Positions 12,938-23,226 of a stretch of DNA of 64,000 nt are shown here, piece after piece (position 1 is the first letter of the stretch; each line of letters begins with the position of its first letter). The stretch is from Escherichia coli. GTDB taxonomy: Bacteria; Pseudomonadota; Gammaproteobacteria; Enterobacterales; Enterobacteriaceae. Location: assembly GCF_048403405.1 (NCBI RefSeq), contig NZ_CP183129.1. One strand, written 5' to 3'. Under the pieces are notes generated by a model that saw only the letters and a list, made by a program, of their open reading frames with translations, was not told where the DNA came from and did not search any database. The translations under genes and the position numbers were made by a program.

Positions 12938-12965
12938 AACGGTCCCTTCTGGGGCCGTTTTTTTG
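12938..12965 (+). terminator. adhE intrinsic terminator
   Basis: aaacggtcccttctggggccgttttttt hairpin plus T-run 25 nt after the stop. Confidence 0.6.
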
Positions 12966-13215
12966 TTTTACCCAAAGCAACTTTCCCATAAACCGACAGC
13001 ATTTGCCTTCATCATATTTACGGCGATGTATAACGCCTACACACAGCGATATTGTACTTTACAGGTCACAAGTCAACGTCACTGTAAAAGCGCTCTGTGA
13101 GGGGTATAGTGGCGTTAAAGAACTGTCGAGAAGGGTATATACACCGGATGAAGTGAGTAAAACGAACTGACAGGATAAAAGCGCCCTGCTCACCCTGTCA
13201 GTAAAGAAATTCTTA

Positions 13216-13833
13216 TTAATCGTGGCGATGCCTTTCCTGAATAGCCGTTAATGAACCGACTTCTAACGCCTCTTTATAGTGTTTACGGCATACAGAAACG
13301 TAGCGTTCATTACCACCAATAACCACCTGCTCACCTTCGTTATAAGGTCTGCCTGCTTGATCAAGACGCAGCACCATGCTTGCTTTGCGGCCACAAAAAC
13401 AGATGGTTTTTAATTCAACCAGTTTGTCGGACCATGCCAGTAAGTATTGGCTGCCAATAAATAACTCACCTCGAAAATCGGTACGTAAACCATAACAAAG
13501 TACGGGTATATCGAGTTGATCGACAACCTCCGATAATTCATATACTTGTTGTCTGGTTAAAAACTGGCATTCATCAACCAGTACGCAATGAATTGCCTGC
13601 TGTTCATGTTCCGCACGAATCTCATCAAATAATGATGAATTTTGGTTAAATAATTTTGCAGGCGATGACAAACCTATACGCGAGCTGACTTTCCCGGCAC
13701 CAAAGCGATCATCAATTTCTGCCGTATATACGACAGTGCGCATGCCGCGTTCCTGGTAATTGTATGAAGATTGCAACAATGCTGTAGACTTACCCGCATT
13801 CATTGCGGAATAGTAGAAATATAGCTGTGCCAT
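13216..13833 (-). CDS. tdk: thymidine kinase
   Basis: 205 aa, [21 protein letters not shown]-loop, C-terminal zinc-ribbon cysteines. Confidence 0.95.
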
Positions 13834-14436
13834 CAGCCACAGGCCCTCAATGATATGAATTAAAGTTGGCTGGAGTTTATCATAATTCGTCAGTTTTTCA
13901 GCTCAACAGTATGCACAGAAGTGGTATATGCGTTCTCCCTTACGAAGCCTTGCATAATCCTTCTGAGCTATCATTACAACTGCCTCGCTTGTTATAAGCG
14001 GGTAAATGACTGCTGGTAACTATTCACAATCTTTAACCTGTTGCGCAAGTAATAGCCCTCTGTTGACCTCCAGGAGATAGTGCAATACTAAGTCCCTGCT
14101 CTTATTGCGACTGTTCTACTTTTCATCATTCGCTTAATAGGGAATTCTCGTAAACACGACTAATACAGAAGACTGAAAGGTCGTCAGCCTACGATAATCT
14201 CCCCATAAAATGTGACATGAATCAGGAAGTTTTAACCTCACGTGCTGCGAAATCATCGGCGCAAATAGGGCTATATGCCGCGTCTTTTCTGGCTAATTTT
14301 ATGAAAAGATATTTATTGGCGGCACAAAATAAAGAACAATTTTGAATTCCTTACATTCCTGGCTATTGCACAACTGAATTTAAGGCTCTATTATTACCTC
14401 AACAAACCACCCCAATATAAGTTTGAGATTACTACA

Positions 14437-14850
14437 ATGAGCGAAGCACTTAAAATTCTGAACAACATCCGTACTCTTCGTGCGCAGGCAAGAGAATGTA
14501 CACTTGAAACGCTGGAAGAAATGCTGGAAAAATTAGAAGTTGTTGTTAACGAACGTCGCGAAGAAGAAAGCGCGGCTGCTGCTGAAGTTGAAGAGCGCAC
14601 TCGTAAACTGCAGCAATATCGCGAAATGCTGATCGCTGACGGTATTGACCCGAACGAACTGCTGAATAGCCTTGCTGCCGTTAAATCTGGCACCAAAGCT
14701 AAACGTGCTCAGCGTCCGGCAAAATATAGCTACGTTGACGAAAACGGCGAAACTAAAACCTGGACTGGTCAGGGCCGTACTCCAGCTGTAATCAAAAAAG
14801 CAATGGATGAGCAAGGTAAATCCCTCGACGATTTCCTGATCAAGCAATAA
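14437..14850 (+). CDS. hns: nucleoid-associated protein H-NS
   Basis: 137 aa, [20 protein letters not shown]..., C-terminal [12 protein letters not shown]-binding motif. Confidence 0.97.
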
Positions 14851-14873
14851 TCTTTTGTAGATTGCACTTGCTT

Positions 14874-14903
14874 AAAAATCCCGCCATCGGCGGGATTTTT
14901 TAT
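14874..14903 (+). terminator. hns intrinsic terminator
   Basis: aaaaatcccgccatcggcgggatttttt hairpin plus T-run. Confidence 0.7.
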
Positions 14904-14940
14904 TGTCCGGTTTAAGACAATTTAATAAGAATAAGCTATA

Positions 14941-14970
14941 AAAAAACGGCGTCGATTGCTCAACGCCGTT
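14941..14970 (-). terminator. galU intrinsic terminator
   Basis: On the minus strand, hairpin cggcgttgagcaatcgacgccg followed by a T-run, directly after the galU stop. Confidence 0.6.
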
Positions 14971-14994
14971 TCGTGGATAACACCGATACGGATG

Positions 14995-15903
14995 TTACTT
15001 CTTAATGCCCATCTCTTCTTCAAGCCAGGCTTTAAATTCCGTGCCAAGGGTGTTATGACGAATACCGTATTCAACGAAGGCCTGCATGTAACCTAATTTA
15101 TTACCGCAGTCATGGCTCTTCCCTTTCATATGATAGGCTTCCACCGTTTCTTTTTCGATCAGCATATCAATTGCGTCGGTGAGCTGAATTTCATCACCAG
15201 CTCCCGGAGGAGTTTTTGCCAGCAACGGCCAAATATCCGCGCTAAGTACGTAACGACCCACAATAGCGAGATTAGACGGCGCAACATCCGCTTTCGGTTT
15301 TTCTACCACACCAACCATCGGTACGCTTTCACCCGGCGCTAATTCAACGCCTTTGCAATCCACAACGCCATATGCGGTAACATCAGCAACCGGTTCAACC
15401 ATGATCTGGCTATGACCCGTTTCATCAAAGCAGCGGATCATCTCTGCCAGGTTATCCTGTGACAAATCGGATTCATATTCATCCAGAATAACGTCAGGCA
15501 AAATAACAGCCACAGGTTCATCACCCACTACCGGGTGAGCACACAATACCGCATGTCCCAGGCCTTTCGCCAGCCCCTGACGAACTTGCATAATAGTCAC
15601 GTGCGGCGGACAAATAGACTGCACTTCATCAAGCAGTTGACGTTTTACACGTTTTTCCAGCATTGCTTCCAGTTCAAAACTGGTATCAAAGTGGTTTTCA
15701 ATCGAGTTTTTAGATGAGTGAGTAACCAGCACAATTTCAGTAATGCCAGCCGCAATACATTCATTCACGACGTATTGAATTAATGGCTTATCGACAAGTG
15801 GCAGCATCTCTTTCGGGATGGCTTTCGTCGCCGGCAACATCCTGGTTCCTAATCCCGCAACGGGGATAACGGCTTTTTTGACTTTCGTATTAATGGCAGC
15901 CAT
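14995..15903 (-). CDS. galU: UTP--glucose-1-phosphate uridylyltransferase
   Basis: 302 aa, N-terminal [26 protein letters not shown] nucleotidyltransferase motif. Confidence 0.96.
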   Translation of the reverse strand: MAAINTKVKKAVIPVAGLGTRMLPATKAIPKEMLPLVDKPLIQYVVNECIAAGITEIVLVTHSSKNSIENHFDTSFELEAMLEKRVKRQLLDEVQSICPPHVTIMQVRQGLAKGLGHAVLCAHPVVGDEPVAVILPDVILDEYESDLSQDNLAEMIRCFDETGHSQIMVEPVADVTAYGVVDCKGVELAPGESVPMVGVVEKPKADVAPSNLAIVGRYVLSADIWPLLAKTPPGAGDEIQLTDAIDMLIEKETVEAYHMKGKSHDCGNKLGYMQAFVEYGIRHNTLGTEFKAWLEEEMGIKK

Positions 15904-16104
15904 TTAAATTCTCCTGGACTGTTCGTGTTTTGAACGTGTTCATATTTCTGTATCGCATCCCAGTATATCAGCACCCCGAAGGGGCTAAGTTCTGAAAAGG
16001 AGGCGAGTTAGCATAATTAAGACAATTACTTATACGAATGGCGACGATAGTAACACCAGCCGACATTAGCAGGTAATGCAAATTTAGCCCGCGTTATCGT
16101 TTGC

Positions 16105-17118
16105 TCATTCTGCAGACAACATCAAGCGAAGCCGACCACCGGTTCCCCATATTTGGCATTGCCAGGCATCGCATCGCTGGCTCAATTGATTCAAATAAGC
16201 GTTACCTAAAGTGCCTAACGGAACACCATTACTGATTTGCACCTGGTGTTCGCCAGTATTTAATGTCGCATTCAGACCCGCAGAAACCAGAATGAGATTT
16301 TTCAGTTCGCGATGATAATAGCCAACTAATAGCGGAAACTGCCCCGGTAGATTGGCCTGACGGAGTAAATGGTTTACCTGCTTCAATAACGCGCCCAACT
16401 CTGGCAACCGTTGATTTTGATGTGCAAGCTGTTCCTGTAATAATCCGTTAAACAATGCGCGTAATAACAAGGCAGCAAGTACGCCATTATGTCCAGCTCG
16501 GGTGACATCAAGGCAATAAAATGCCAGATCGTTTTCCGAAAGTGCGGCAATATCAAGCACCAGGCCGGGTTTGTCCGCGGCAACCAATTGACGATAATTA
16601 ACCCGGCAATGGGAAATCACCTGCTGAACCGGCGGTTGCAATTCCTGTAATAATTTCGCCGCTGCGGCAGGGTTATCAACCATTGCATCCCAGTCGCGAA
16701 AAAGCCTCTCCTCTTCCTCAACGCGGGAATTAAACATGCTGGGATAGAGACAGGCAAAAACCATCTCGCGCAAGCGATTCAGATCTTTAACTGGTTTCAG
16801 CAAAACATCTTCAACGCCCAGACGTAACGCTTTGGCAATATCTGCCATATTTTCAGTGGCAGATATCACCAGAACAGGTGTCTGGTCGCCTCTGTTACGT
16901 ATATGCTCCAGCAGTTTAAGCCCGTTCATTCGTGGCATCGCGATATCACATATCATCAGGTCTGGAGTGAAACCTCCCAGCAACTCAAGGGCATCCACCC
17001 CATCAGCCGCCAGTACCGTTGTCGCTCCCAATGAGGAAAACCACGAATCCAGAAGCGAGCGAAATACCTGCTCATCTTCAACAATGAGAATCTGTTTTCC
17101 GACCAATGGCTGCGTCAT
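16105..17118 (-). CDS. rssB: response regulator RssB (RpoS proteolysis adaptor)
   Basis: 337 aa; N-terminal receiver domain (ILIVEDEQ...D) with C-terminal PP2C-like domain. Confidence 0.93.
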   Translation of the reverse strand: MTQPLVGKQILIVEDEQVFRSLLDSWFSSLGATTVLAADGVDALELLGGFTPDLMICDIAMPRMNGLKLLEHIRNRGDQTPVLVISATENMADIAKALRLGVEDVLLKPVKDLNRLREMVFACLYPSMFNSRVEEEERLFRDWDAMVDNPAAAAKLLQELQPPVQQVISHCRVNYRQLVAADKPGLVLDIAALSENDLAFYCLDVTRAGHNGVLAALLLRALFNGLLQEQLAHQNQRLPELGALLKQVNHLLRQANLPGQFPLLVGYYHRELKNLILVSAGLNATLNTGEHQVQISNGVPLGTLGNAYLNQLSQRCDAWQCQIWGTGGRLRLMLSAE

Positions 17119-17209
17119 GTTCTCTCCCCTGACTGGCTTTACTCAATAGTGGCATGCTATTGCCACCTGCGCCTGTCAGAATTAACTTAAGTGTAGATAA
17201 AAATTCTGG

Positions 17210-18115
17210 TCAAATGTTGGTGCGTACCAACGGCAAAAGTTCATCCATTTTCTTTTCCACTGCCAGCTGCCCAGCCGCAATGGCAGCGTGCGCGCGATGG
17301 AAATCAAGCGTAGATATTTGCGGGCAAACAGGTTGAATCAGAATATCGGGCGGATCACCTGCCATGCGGTTCCTTTTAAGGCGGTTCTCCAGCACCTGGA
17401 TAGAAGTGGTCATAATCTCTGTTGCCGTTGGCGCTGTCACCGCCCGACGTGTCGTTATGCTGCCCAACCTTTCTTTCAGACGCGCATGCCACGGCAGAGA
17501 ATCACCATTCTCGCTATTTTCTTCACTAACATTAAAGGAGAGCAGATCTTGTTGCATCAAATGAGCATCGTGCTGCAGGTCGACCGCTATCACAATATCA
17601 GCACCCAATGCACGCGTGAGCGAAATAGGAATTGGGTTAACTACAGCGCCATCAACCAGCCAGTAGCCGTTATGCGCAACGGGTGCCATTAGTCCTGGAA
17701 TACTGCATGATGCACGAATAGCAAGATGGAGATCGCCTTCAGTAAACCATAATTCGCGCCCAGTACTTAAATTGGTGGCAACAGCCGCGAAGCGACGGGA
17801 ACAATTTTCGATCTCTGTTTCCGGCATTATTTCGCGATATTGATTGAAGACACGCTCGCCGCGCAGTAACCCACCGCGCTGCCAGGAGAGATCCATCAGG
17901 CGTAAAACATCCCAATAACTGAAAGAGGTCACCCAATCTTCCAGCGCAGATAGTCGATCGCATGCATAGGCAGCGCCCACCAGCGAACCAATTGAACATC
18001 CTGCAACGATATCAATTTCAATACCCACTTTTTTTAGCGCATTAATAACGCCAATATGCGACCAACCTCTCGCCGCGCCAGATCCCAGCGCCAGCCCTAT
18101 TTTTATCTTTCTCAT
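17210..18115 (-). CDS. rssA: patatin-like phospholipase
   Basis: 301 aa, GSGAARG oxyanion motif and GCSIGS nucleophile motif. Confidence 0.9.
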   Translation of the reverse strand: MRKIKIGLALGSGAARGWSHIGVINALKKVGIEIDIVAGCSIGSLVGAAYACDRLSALEDWVTSFSYWDVLRLMDLSWQRGGLLRGERVFNQYREIMPETEIENCSRRFAAVATNLSTGRELWFTEGDLHLAIRASCSIPGLMAPVAHNGYWLVDGAVVNPIPISLTRALGADIVIAVDLQHDAHLMQQDLLSFNVSEENSENGDSLPWHARLKERLGSITTRRAVTAPTATEIMTTSIQVLENRLKRNRMAGDPPDILIQPVCPQISTLDFHRAHAAIAAGQLAVEKKMDELLPLVRTNI

Positions 18116-18227
18116 TATTCCCGCAAGATTCCCCTGGAATGCAATCGTAGCAACATCGCTACTGCTCGGTTAACATAGTGCTACTCAGGCGGTTAATACG
18201 CCGTTATTGTTTCCAGGGAGATTATTT

Positions 18228-18686
18228 GTGTCTCAGCTTTGTCCCTGTGGTAGTGCTGTCGAGTATAGCCTATGTTGCCACCCTTATGTGTCTGGTGAAA
18301 AGGTTGCACCTGATCCAGAACATCTCATGCGTTCGCGTTACTGCGCTTTTGTGATGAAAGACGCAGATTATTTAATAAAGACCTGGCATCCATCTTGTGG
18401 AGCGGCGGCGTTACGTGCCGAATTGATTGCCGGATTTGCGCATACTGAATGGTTAGGATTGACCGTATTTGAACATTGTTGGCAGGACGTCGACAATATC
18501 GGATTTGTCAGTTTTGTTGCGCGATATACCGAAGGTGGCAAAACAGGTGCAATCATTGAACGTTCGCGATTTTTGAAAGAAAACGGTCAATGGTACTATA
18601 TTGACGGTACACGTCCGCAGTTTGGCCGCAACGATCCCTGCCCTTGTGGTTCAGGTAAAAAATTTAAAAAGTGCTGCGGCCAATAA
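18228..18686 (+). CDS. ychJ: SEC-C metal-binding domain protein YchJ
   Basis: GTG start giving (M)SQLCPCGS...; two CPCGS SEC-C motifs at N- and C-termini; the ORF-track entry begins 21 nt upstream. Confidence 0.85.
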   Translation: MSQLCPCGSAVEYSLCCHPYVSGEKVAPDPEHLMRSRYCAFVMKDADYLIKTWHPSCGAAALRAELIAGFAHTEWLGLTVFEHCWQDVDNIGFVSFVARYTEGGKTGAIIERSRFLKENGQWYYIDGTRPQFGRNDPCPCGSGKKFKKCCGQ

Positions 18687-18735
18687 TGGTTGACGGTACG
18701 GTTTAGCAAACACTCTCAACAAGGTTTTTCCAGCA

Positions 18736-19578
18736 ATGCATTCACTCCAACGTAAAGTTCTGCGTACTATTTGTCCGGACCAAAAAGGTCTGATCGCACG
18801 TATTACCAATATTTGCTACAAGCACGAGTTAAATATCGTGCAGAACAATGAATTTGTTGATCACCGTACCGGGCGCTTTTTTATGCGCACGGAACTGGAA
18901 GGAATTTTTAATGATTCCACCCTGCTGGCGGATCTCGATAGCGCATTGCCAGAAGGCTCCGTACGTGAGCTGAATCCTGCCGGTCGTCGCCGGATAGTGA
19001 TTCTGGTCACTAAAGAGGCGCATTGCCTCGGCGATTTGTTGATGAAAGCCAATTATGGCGGCCTGGATGTCGAAATCGCGGCAGTTATTGGTAACCACGA
19101 TACTTTACGTTCTCTGGTTGAGCGTTTTGATATTCCATTTGAGCTGGTAAGCCATGAAGGGTTAAGCCGCAACGAGCACGATCAAAAGATGGCGGATGCC
19201 ATTGATGCTTATCAACCTGACTATGTGGTACTGGCGAAGTATATGCGGGTATTAACGCCGGAATTTGTGGCACGCTTCCCGAATAAGATCATCAATATTC
19301 ACCATTCATTCCTGCCAGCGTTTATCGGCGCACGTCCTTATCACCAGGCCTATGAACGTGGCGTGAAGATTATTGGCGCAACCGCTCACTATGTGAATGA
19401 CAATCTGGACGAAGGTCCAATCATCATGCAGGACGTTATTCATGTCGATCATACCTACACAGCTGAAGATATGATGCGCGCAGGTCGTGACGTCGAGAAA
19501 AACGTCTTAAGTCGCGCACTCTACAAAGTACTGGCGCAGCGCGTCTTTGTTTACGGTAATCGGACGATTATTCTTTAA
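18736..19578 (+). CDS. purU: formyltetrahydrofolate deformylase
   Basis: 280 aa, N-terminal ACT domain plus formyltransferase domain (HHSFLP). Confidence 0.95.
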   Translation: MHSLQRKVLRTICPDQKGLIARITNICYKHELNIVQNNEFVDHRTGRFFMRTELEGIFNDSTLLADLDSALPEGSVRELNPAGRRRIVILVTKEAHCLGDLLMKANYGGLDVEIAAVIGNHDTLRSLVERFDIPFELVSHEGLSRNEHDQKMADAIDAYQPDYVVLAKYMRVLTPEFVARFPNKIINIHHSFLPAFIGARPYHQAYERGVKIIGATAHYVNDNLDEGPIIMQDVIHVDHTYTAEDMMRAGRDVEKNVLSRALYKVLAQRVFVYGNRTIIL

Positions 19579-19659
19579 TCGCCAGCAAAAATAACTGGTT
19601 ACCTTTAATCCGTTACGGATGAAAATTACGCAACCAGTTCATTTTTCTCAACGTAACAC

Positions 19660-19687
19660 TTTACAGCGGCGCGTCATTTGATATGAT
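19660..19687 (+). promoter_or_regulatory. tyrT promoter (-35 tttaca, 16 bp spacer, -10 tatgat, GC-rich discriminator gcgccccgc)
   Basis: Hexamers read directly in sequence about 50 nt upstream of the first tRNA-Tyr. Confidence 0.75.
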
Positions 19688-19737
19688 GCGCCCCGCTTCC
19701 CGATAAGGGAGCAGGCCAGTAAAAAGCATTACCCCGT

Positions 19738-19822
<85 letters not shown>

Positions 19823-19856
19823 TCTCAAGCATTACCTCAAAATTTGAATTACCCTT

Positions 19857-19941
<85 letters not shown>

Positions 19942-20160
19942 TCACTTTCAAAAGTCCCTGAACTCTCAAACGAATCCGTAATTAAATATTCTGCCCAAGC
20001 GGGGAAGGATGAGAAGCTTCGACCAAGGTTCGACTCGAGCGCCAGCGAGAGAGCGTTGCCGCAGGCAACGACCCGAAGGGCGAAGCGCGCAGCGCTGAGT
20101 AATCCTTCCCCCACCACCATCACTTCCTGTAAATACTCAAAACCTGTTACTCCGAGCTAA
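19942..20160 (+). ncRNA. rtT: rtT-like tRNA-operon distal repeat region (contains tpr)
   Basis: Contains a second copy of the tRNA 3'-end-like motif aatccttcccccaccaccatcac (about 20100..20122) and repeated attctgcccaa; extent approximate. Confidence 0.45.
20009..20098 (+). CDS. tpr: protamine-like small basic protein
   Basis: 29-codon [32 protein letters not shown] inside the rtT repeat; arginine-rich. Confidence 0.5.
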   Translation: MRSFDQGSTRAPARERCRRQRPEGRSAQR

Positions 20161-20303
20161 TTCTGCCCAATGGCACCGCGTTTACCGGACCTACAATATC
20201 CTCCCCTGAAGTTCGGATAAGCGAAGCGCATCCGACAACTCACCCCGTACCGTGCCCATAAAAAAACCCCGCCGAAGCGGGGTCTATGCAAACTAAAATT
20301 CGC

Positions 20304-20981
20304 TTAGTGACGAGCGCGCACCAGCTGATACTTACGTGTCAAATACTCCACCGGTACGCTCCAGATGTGCACCAGACGTGAGAACGGGAACAGCAAGAAT
20401 AACGTCATCCCCAGCACCAGGTGCAGACGGAAGATAAACGCCACACCATCAAGGTGTTGAGAAGCGCCACCGTGGAAGGTCACTACCGACTGCGCCCAGC
20501 CAACCAGTTTCATCATCTCGCTACCGTCCATATGCTGGGCTGAGAACGGAATGGTCAGCAAGCCCAGCGCGCACTGGATAACGAGCAGCGACAGGATCAG
20601 GATATCCGCTCCGGTAGTCGTTGCACGCACGCGTGGGCTGAACAGACGACGTTTCAGCAACAGCACGCCGCCAATCAGACACAGCACGCCGCTGGCACCA
20701 CCAGCAAACATCGCCATTTTTTGTTTCACTTCAATCGGCAGCCAGGCTTCATACATCCAGTGCGGCGTCAGCATACCGAAGAAGTGACCGACAAAAATCC
20801 CCAGAATACCGATATGGAACAGGTTCGACGCCAGGTTCATCCCTTTGCGATCCAGCATCTGGCTGGACGCCGCGCGCCAGGTGTACTGCCCGTAGTCATA
20901 ACGCAGCCAGCTACCAATCAGGAAGACCGCCCCGGCTATGTACGGGTAGATATCAAAGAAGAACATATTCAGGAATTGCAT
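20304..20981 (-). CDS. narI: respiratory nitrate reductase gamma subunit (cytochrome b)
   Basis: 225 aa, 5 TM helices, heme-ligand histidines. Confidence 0.95.
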   Translation of the reverse strand: MQFLNMFFFDIYPYIAGAVFLIGSWLRYDYGQYTWRAASSQMLDRKGMNLASNLFHIGILGIFVGHFFGMLTPHWMYEAWLPIEVKQKMAMFAGGASGVLCLIGGVLLLKRRLFSPRVRATTTGADILILSLLVIQCALGLLTIPFSAQHMDGSEMMKLVGWAQSVVTFHGGASQHLDGVAFIFRLHLVLGMTLFLLFPFSRLVHIWSVPVEYLTRKYQLVRARH

Positions 20982-21691
20982 TAGTGCTGTCCTCCGGTGG
21001 TGATATTCAGATATTGCGGCGCGACGGCACCAGCAAAGCGACGCTGATGAGCAGTGATTGCTGAATCACCGCAGCCTTTGTCAGCAAAAAACTTAACCTG
21101 CTCTTCTTCCCAGACGGCATCCAGCGCCTGCGGCGTATCGTCGCGCGCTTCGTCGGCAATTTTTTCCGCCACTTTGTCGCTGTCGATTGCGGTATTCGCC
21201 AGTTTCAGCAGCAGATCAAACAGCACGGCATAACGGCTTTCACGCTGTTGCAGACGCGCACTCAGCAATGCCAGAATCGGCGCAATATCTTTCAAACCCT
21301 CCACGGCTTCGATTTGCGGCAGCTGCGCCAGGTACTCCAGATACAGCGGCAGATGGTCGGGCAATTCGCGGCTGTTTAACTGCAAGCCGTGCTGCTCGTA
21401 CTGTGCCAGCAGGTCAACCATTGCCTGACCACGGTCGCGGGATTCCCCGTGAACATGTTCAAACAGCAACAGCGACGTGGCACGACCACGGTCGAACAGT
21501 TCGCTGTACTGCGCCTGAGCATCGAGCGGATCCATCGCCGTTAAATCGCGCAGGAAAATGCCCAGCGCATGGGCATCTTCTTTCGACAGATTTTTCGACG
21601 CGGCAATCGCCTCAAACATCTCTTGTTGATGCTGCCATAAGGCAGCATCCGGATATTCAAGGAGACGCGATACAATCACGAGTTCGATCAT
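20981..21691 (-). CDS. narJ: nitrate reductase assembly chaperone
   Basis: 236 aa; overlaps narI and narH starts and stops. Confidence 0.95.
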   Translation of the reverse strand: MIELVIVSRLLEYPDAALWQHQQEMFEAIAASKNLSKEDAHALGIFLRDLTAMDPLDAQAQYSELFDRGRATSLLLFEHVHGESRDRGQAMVDLLAQYEQHGLQLNSRELPDHLPLYLEYLAQLPQIEAVEGLKDIAPILALLSARLQQRESRYAVLFDLLLKLANTAIDSDKVAEKIADEARDDTPQALDAVWEEEQVKFFADKGCGDSAITAHQRRFAGAVAPQYLNITTGGQH

Positions 21692-23226
21692 GGGTGCGGC
21701 TCCGTTTTGCTCGTTACGTCAATGGCATCGATACGGCGGCTGTTGAACAGATTGAATTTGGTATCTGAACCGTGGCAGCCATCACCAAAGGTAAAGCCGC
21801 AGCCATTTTTCTCCGGGAAGGCTTCCCGCGCCAATTCACGATGACTGCTCGGGACCACAAAGCGATCTTCGTAGTTAGCAATCGCCAGATAACGGTACAT
21901 CTCCTGTGCCTGGGCTTCGGTCAGACCGACCTCTTCCAGCGCACGGGTATCGACTTTACCGTCAACGGTTTCAGCACGTTTGTAATGACGCATCGCCAGC
22001 ATACGTTTCAGCGCGCGCAGTACTGGTTTGGTATCACCGGCGGTCAGCAGATTCGCCAGATACTGTACCGGAATACGCAGACTTTCGACGTCTGGCAGAA
22101 TGCCATTGCTGCCCAGTTCACCCGCATCTGCCGCAGACTGAATCGGCGACAGAGGCGGCACGTACCAGACCATCGGCAGTGTGCGATATTCCGGATGCAG
22201 CGGCAGCGCCAGTTTCCATTCCATCGCCATTTTATAAACCGGCGACTGCTGTGCGGCTTCAATAACGCTCAGCGGAATACCGTCTTTAATTGCCTGCTCG
22301 ATGACTTTCGGATCGTTCGGATCGAGGAACACCTCCAGCTGACGCTGGTAGAGATCTTTCTCGTTCTCGGTGCTGGCTGCACGTTCAATGGCGTCCGCAT
22401 CGTACAGCAGCACGCCGAGATAACGGATACGACCGACACAGGTTTCAGAGCACACCGTCGGCTGACCGGCTTCAATACGCGGATAGCAGAAGATGCACTT
22501 CTCAGACTTACCGCTCTTCCAGTTGAAGTAGATTTTTTTGTACGGGCATCCGGTGATGCACATACGCCAGCCACGGCATTTATCCTGGTCGATCAGGACG
22601 ATGCCATCTTCTTCACGCTTGTAAATCGCACCGCTCGGGCAGGTCGCCACACATGCCGGGTTCAGGCAGTGTTCGCACAGGCGCGGCAAATACATCATGA
22701 AGGTGTTTTCGAACTGGCTATACATCGCCTTCTGGATGTTGTCGAAGTTCTTGTCTTTCGCCAGCTTGTCAAACTCACCGCCCAGGTCATCTTCCCAGTT
22801 CGGCCCTTTTTCGATTTTCGCCATCCGTTCGCCGGTAATCAGCGAACGCGGACGGGCAATCGGCTGCGATTTGCTGCCTTCCGGCGCGGTATGCAGGTTC
22901 TGATAATCAAAATCGAACGGCTCGTAATAATCGTCGATACCCGGCAGATGCGGGTTAGCAAAGATTTTACCCAGCAGCATGGCGCGGTTACCCATGCGCG
23001 GCTGCAGTTTGCCGTTGATTTTACGAATCCAGCCGCCTTTGTATTTTTCCTGGTTTTCCCAGTCAGTCGGGAAGCCCTGGCCCGGCTTGGTTTCCACGTT
23101 GTTGAACCACGCGTATTCCACGCCTTCGCGGCTGGTCCAGACGTTTTTACAGGTAACTGAACAGGTGTGGCAGCCGATGCACTTATCGAGATTCAGCACC
23201 ATGCCGACTTGTGAACGAATTTTCAT
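21688..23226 (-). CDS. narH: respiratory nitrate reductase beta subunit (Fe-S)
   Basis: 512 aa with four Cys clusters (CxxCxxCxxxC type). Confidence 0.96.
   Translation of the reverse strand: MKIRSQVGMVLNLDKCIGCHTCSVTCKNVWTSREGVEYAWFNNVETKPGQGFPTDWENQEKYKGGWIRKINGKLQPRMGNRAMLLGKIFANPHLPGIDDYYEPFDFDYQNLHTAPEGSKSQPIARPRSLITGERMAKIEKGPNWEDDLGGEFDKLAKDKNFDNIQKAMYSQFENTFMMYLPRLCEHCLNPACVATCPSGAIYKREEDGIVLIDQDKCRGWRMCITGCPYKKIYFNWKSGKSEKCIFCYPRIEAGQPTVCSETCVGRIRYLGVLLYDADAIERAASTENEKDLYQRQLEVFLDPNDPKVIEQAIKDGIPLSVIEAAQQSPVYKMAMEWKLALPLHPEYRTLPMVWYVPPLSPIQSAADAGELGSNGILPDVESLRIPVQYLANLLTAGDTKPVLRALKRMLAMRHYKRAETVDGKVDTRALEEVGLTEAQAQEMYRYLAIANYEDRFVVPSSHRELAREAFPEKNGCGFTFGDGCHGSDTKFNLFNSRRIDAIDVTSKTEPHP

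Noticed and set aside
20205-20240. REP-like palindrome (cggataagcgaagcgcatccg) between tpr and narI
   Set aside because: Looks like an ordinary repetitive extragenic palindrome; too short to annotate beyond noting it
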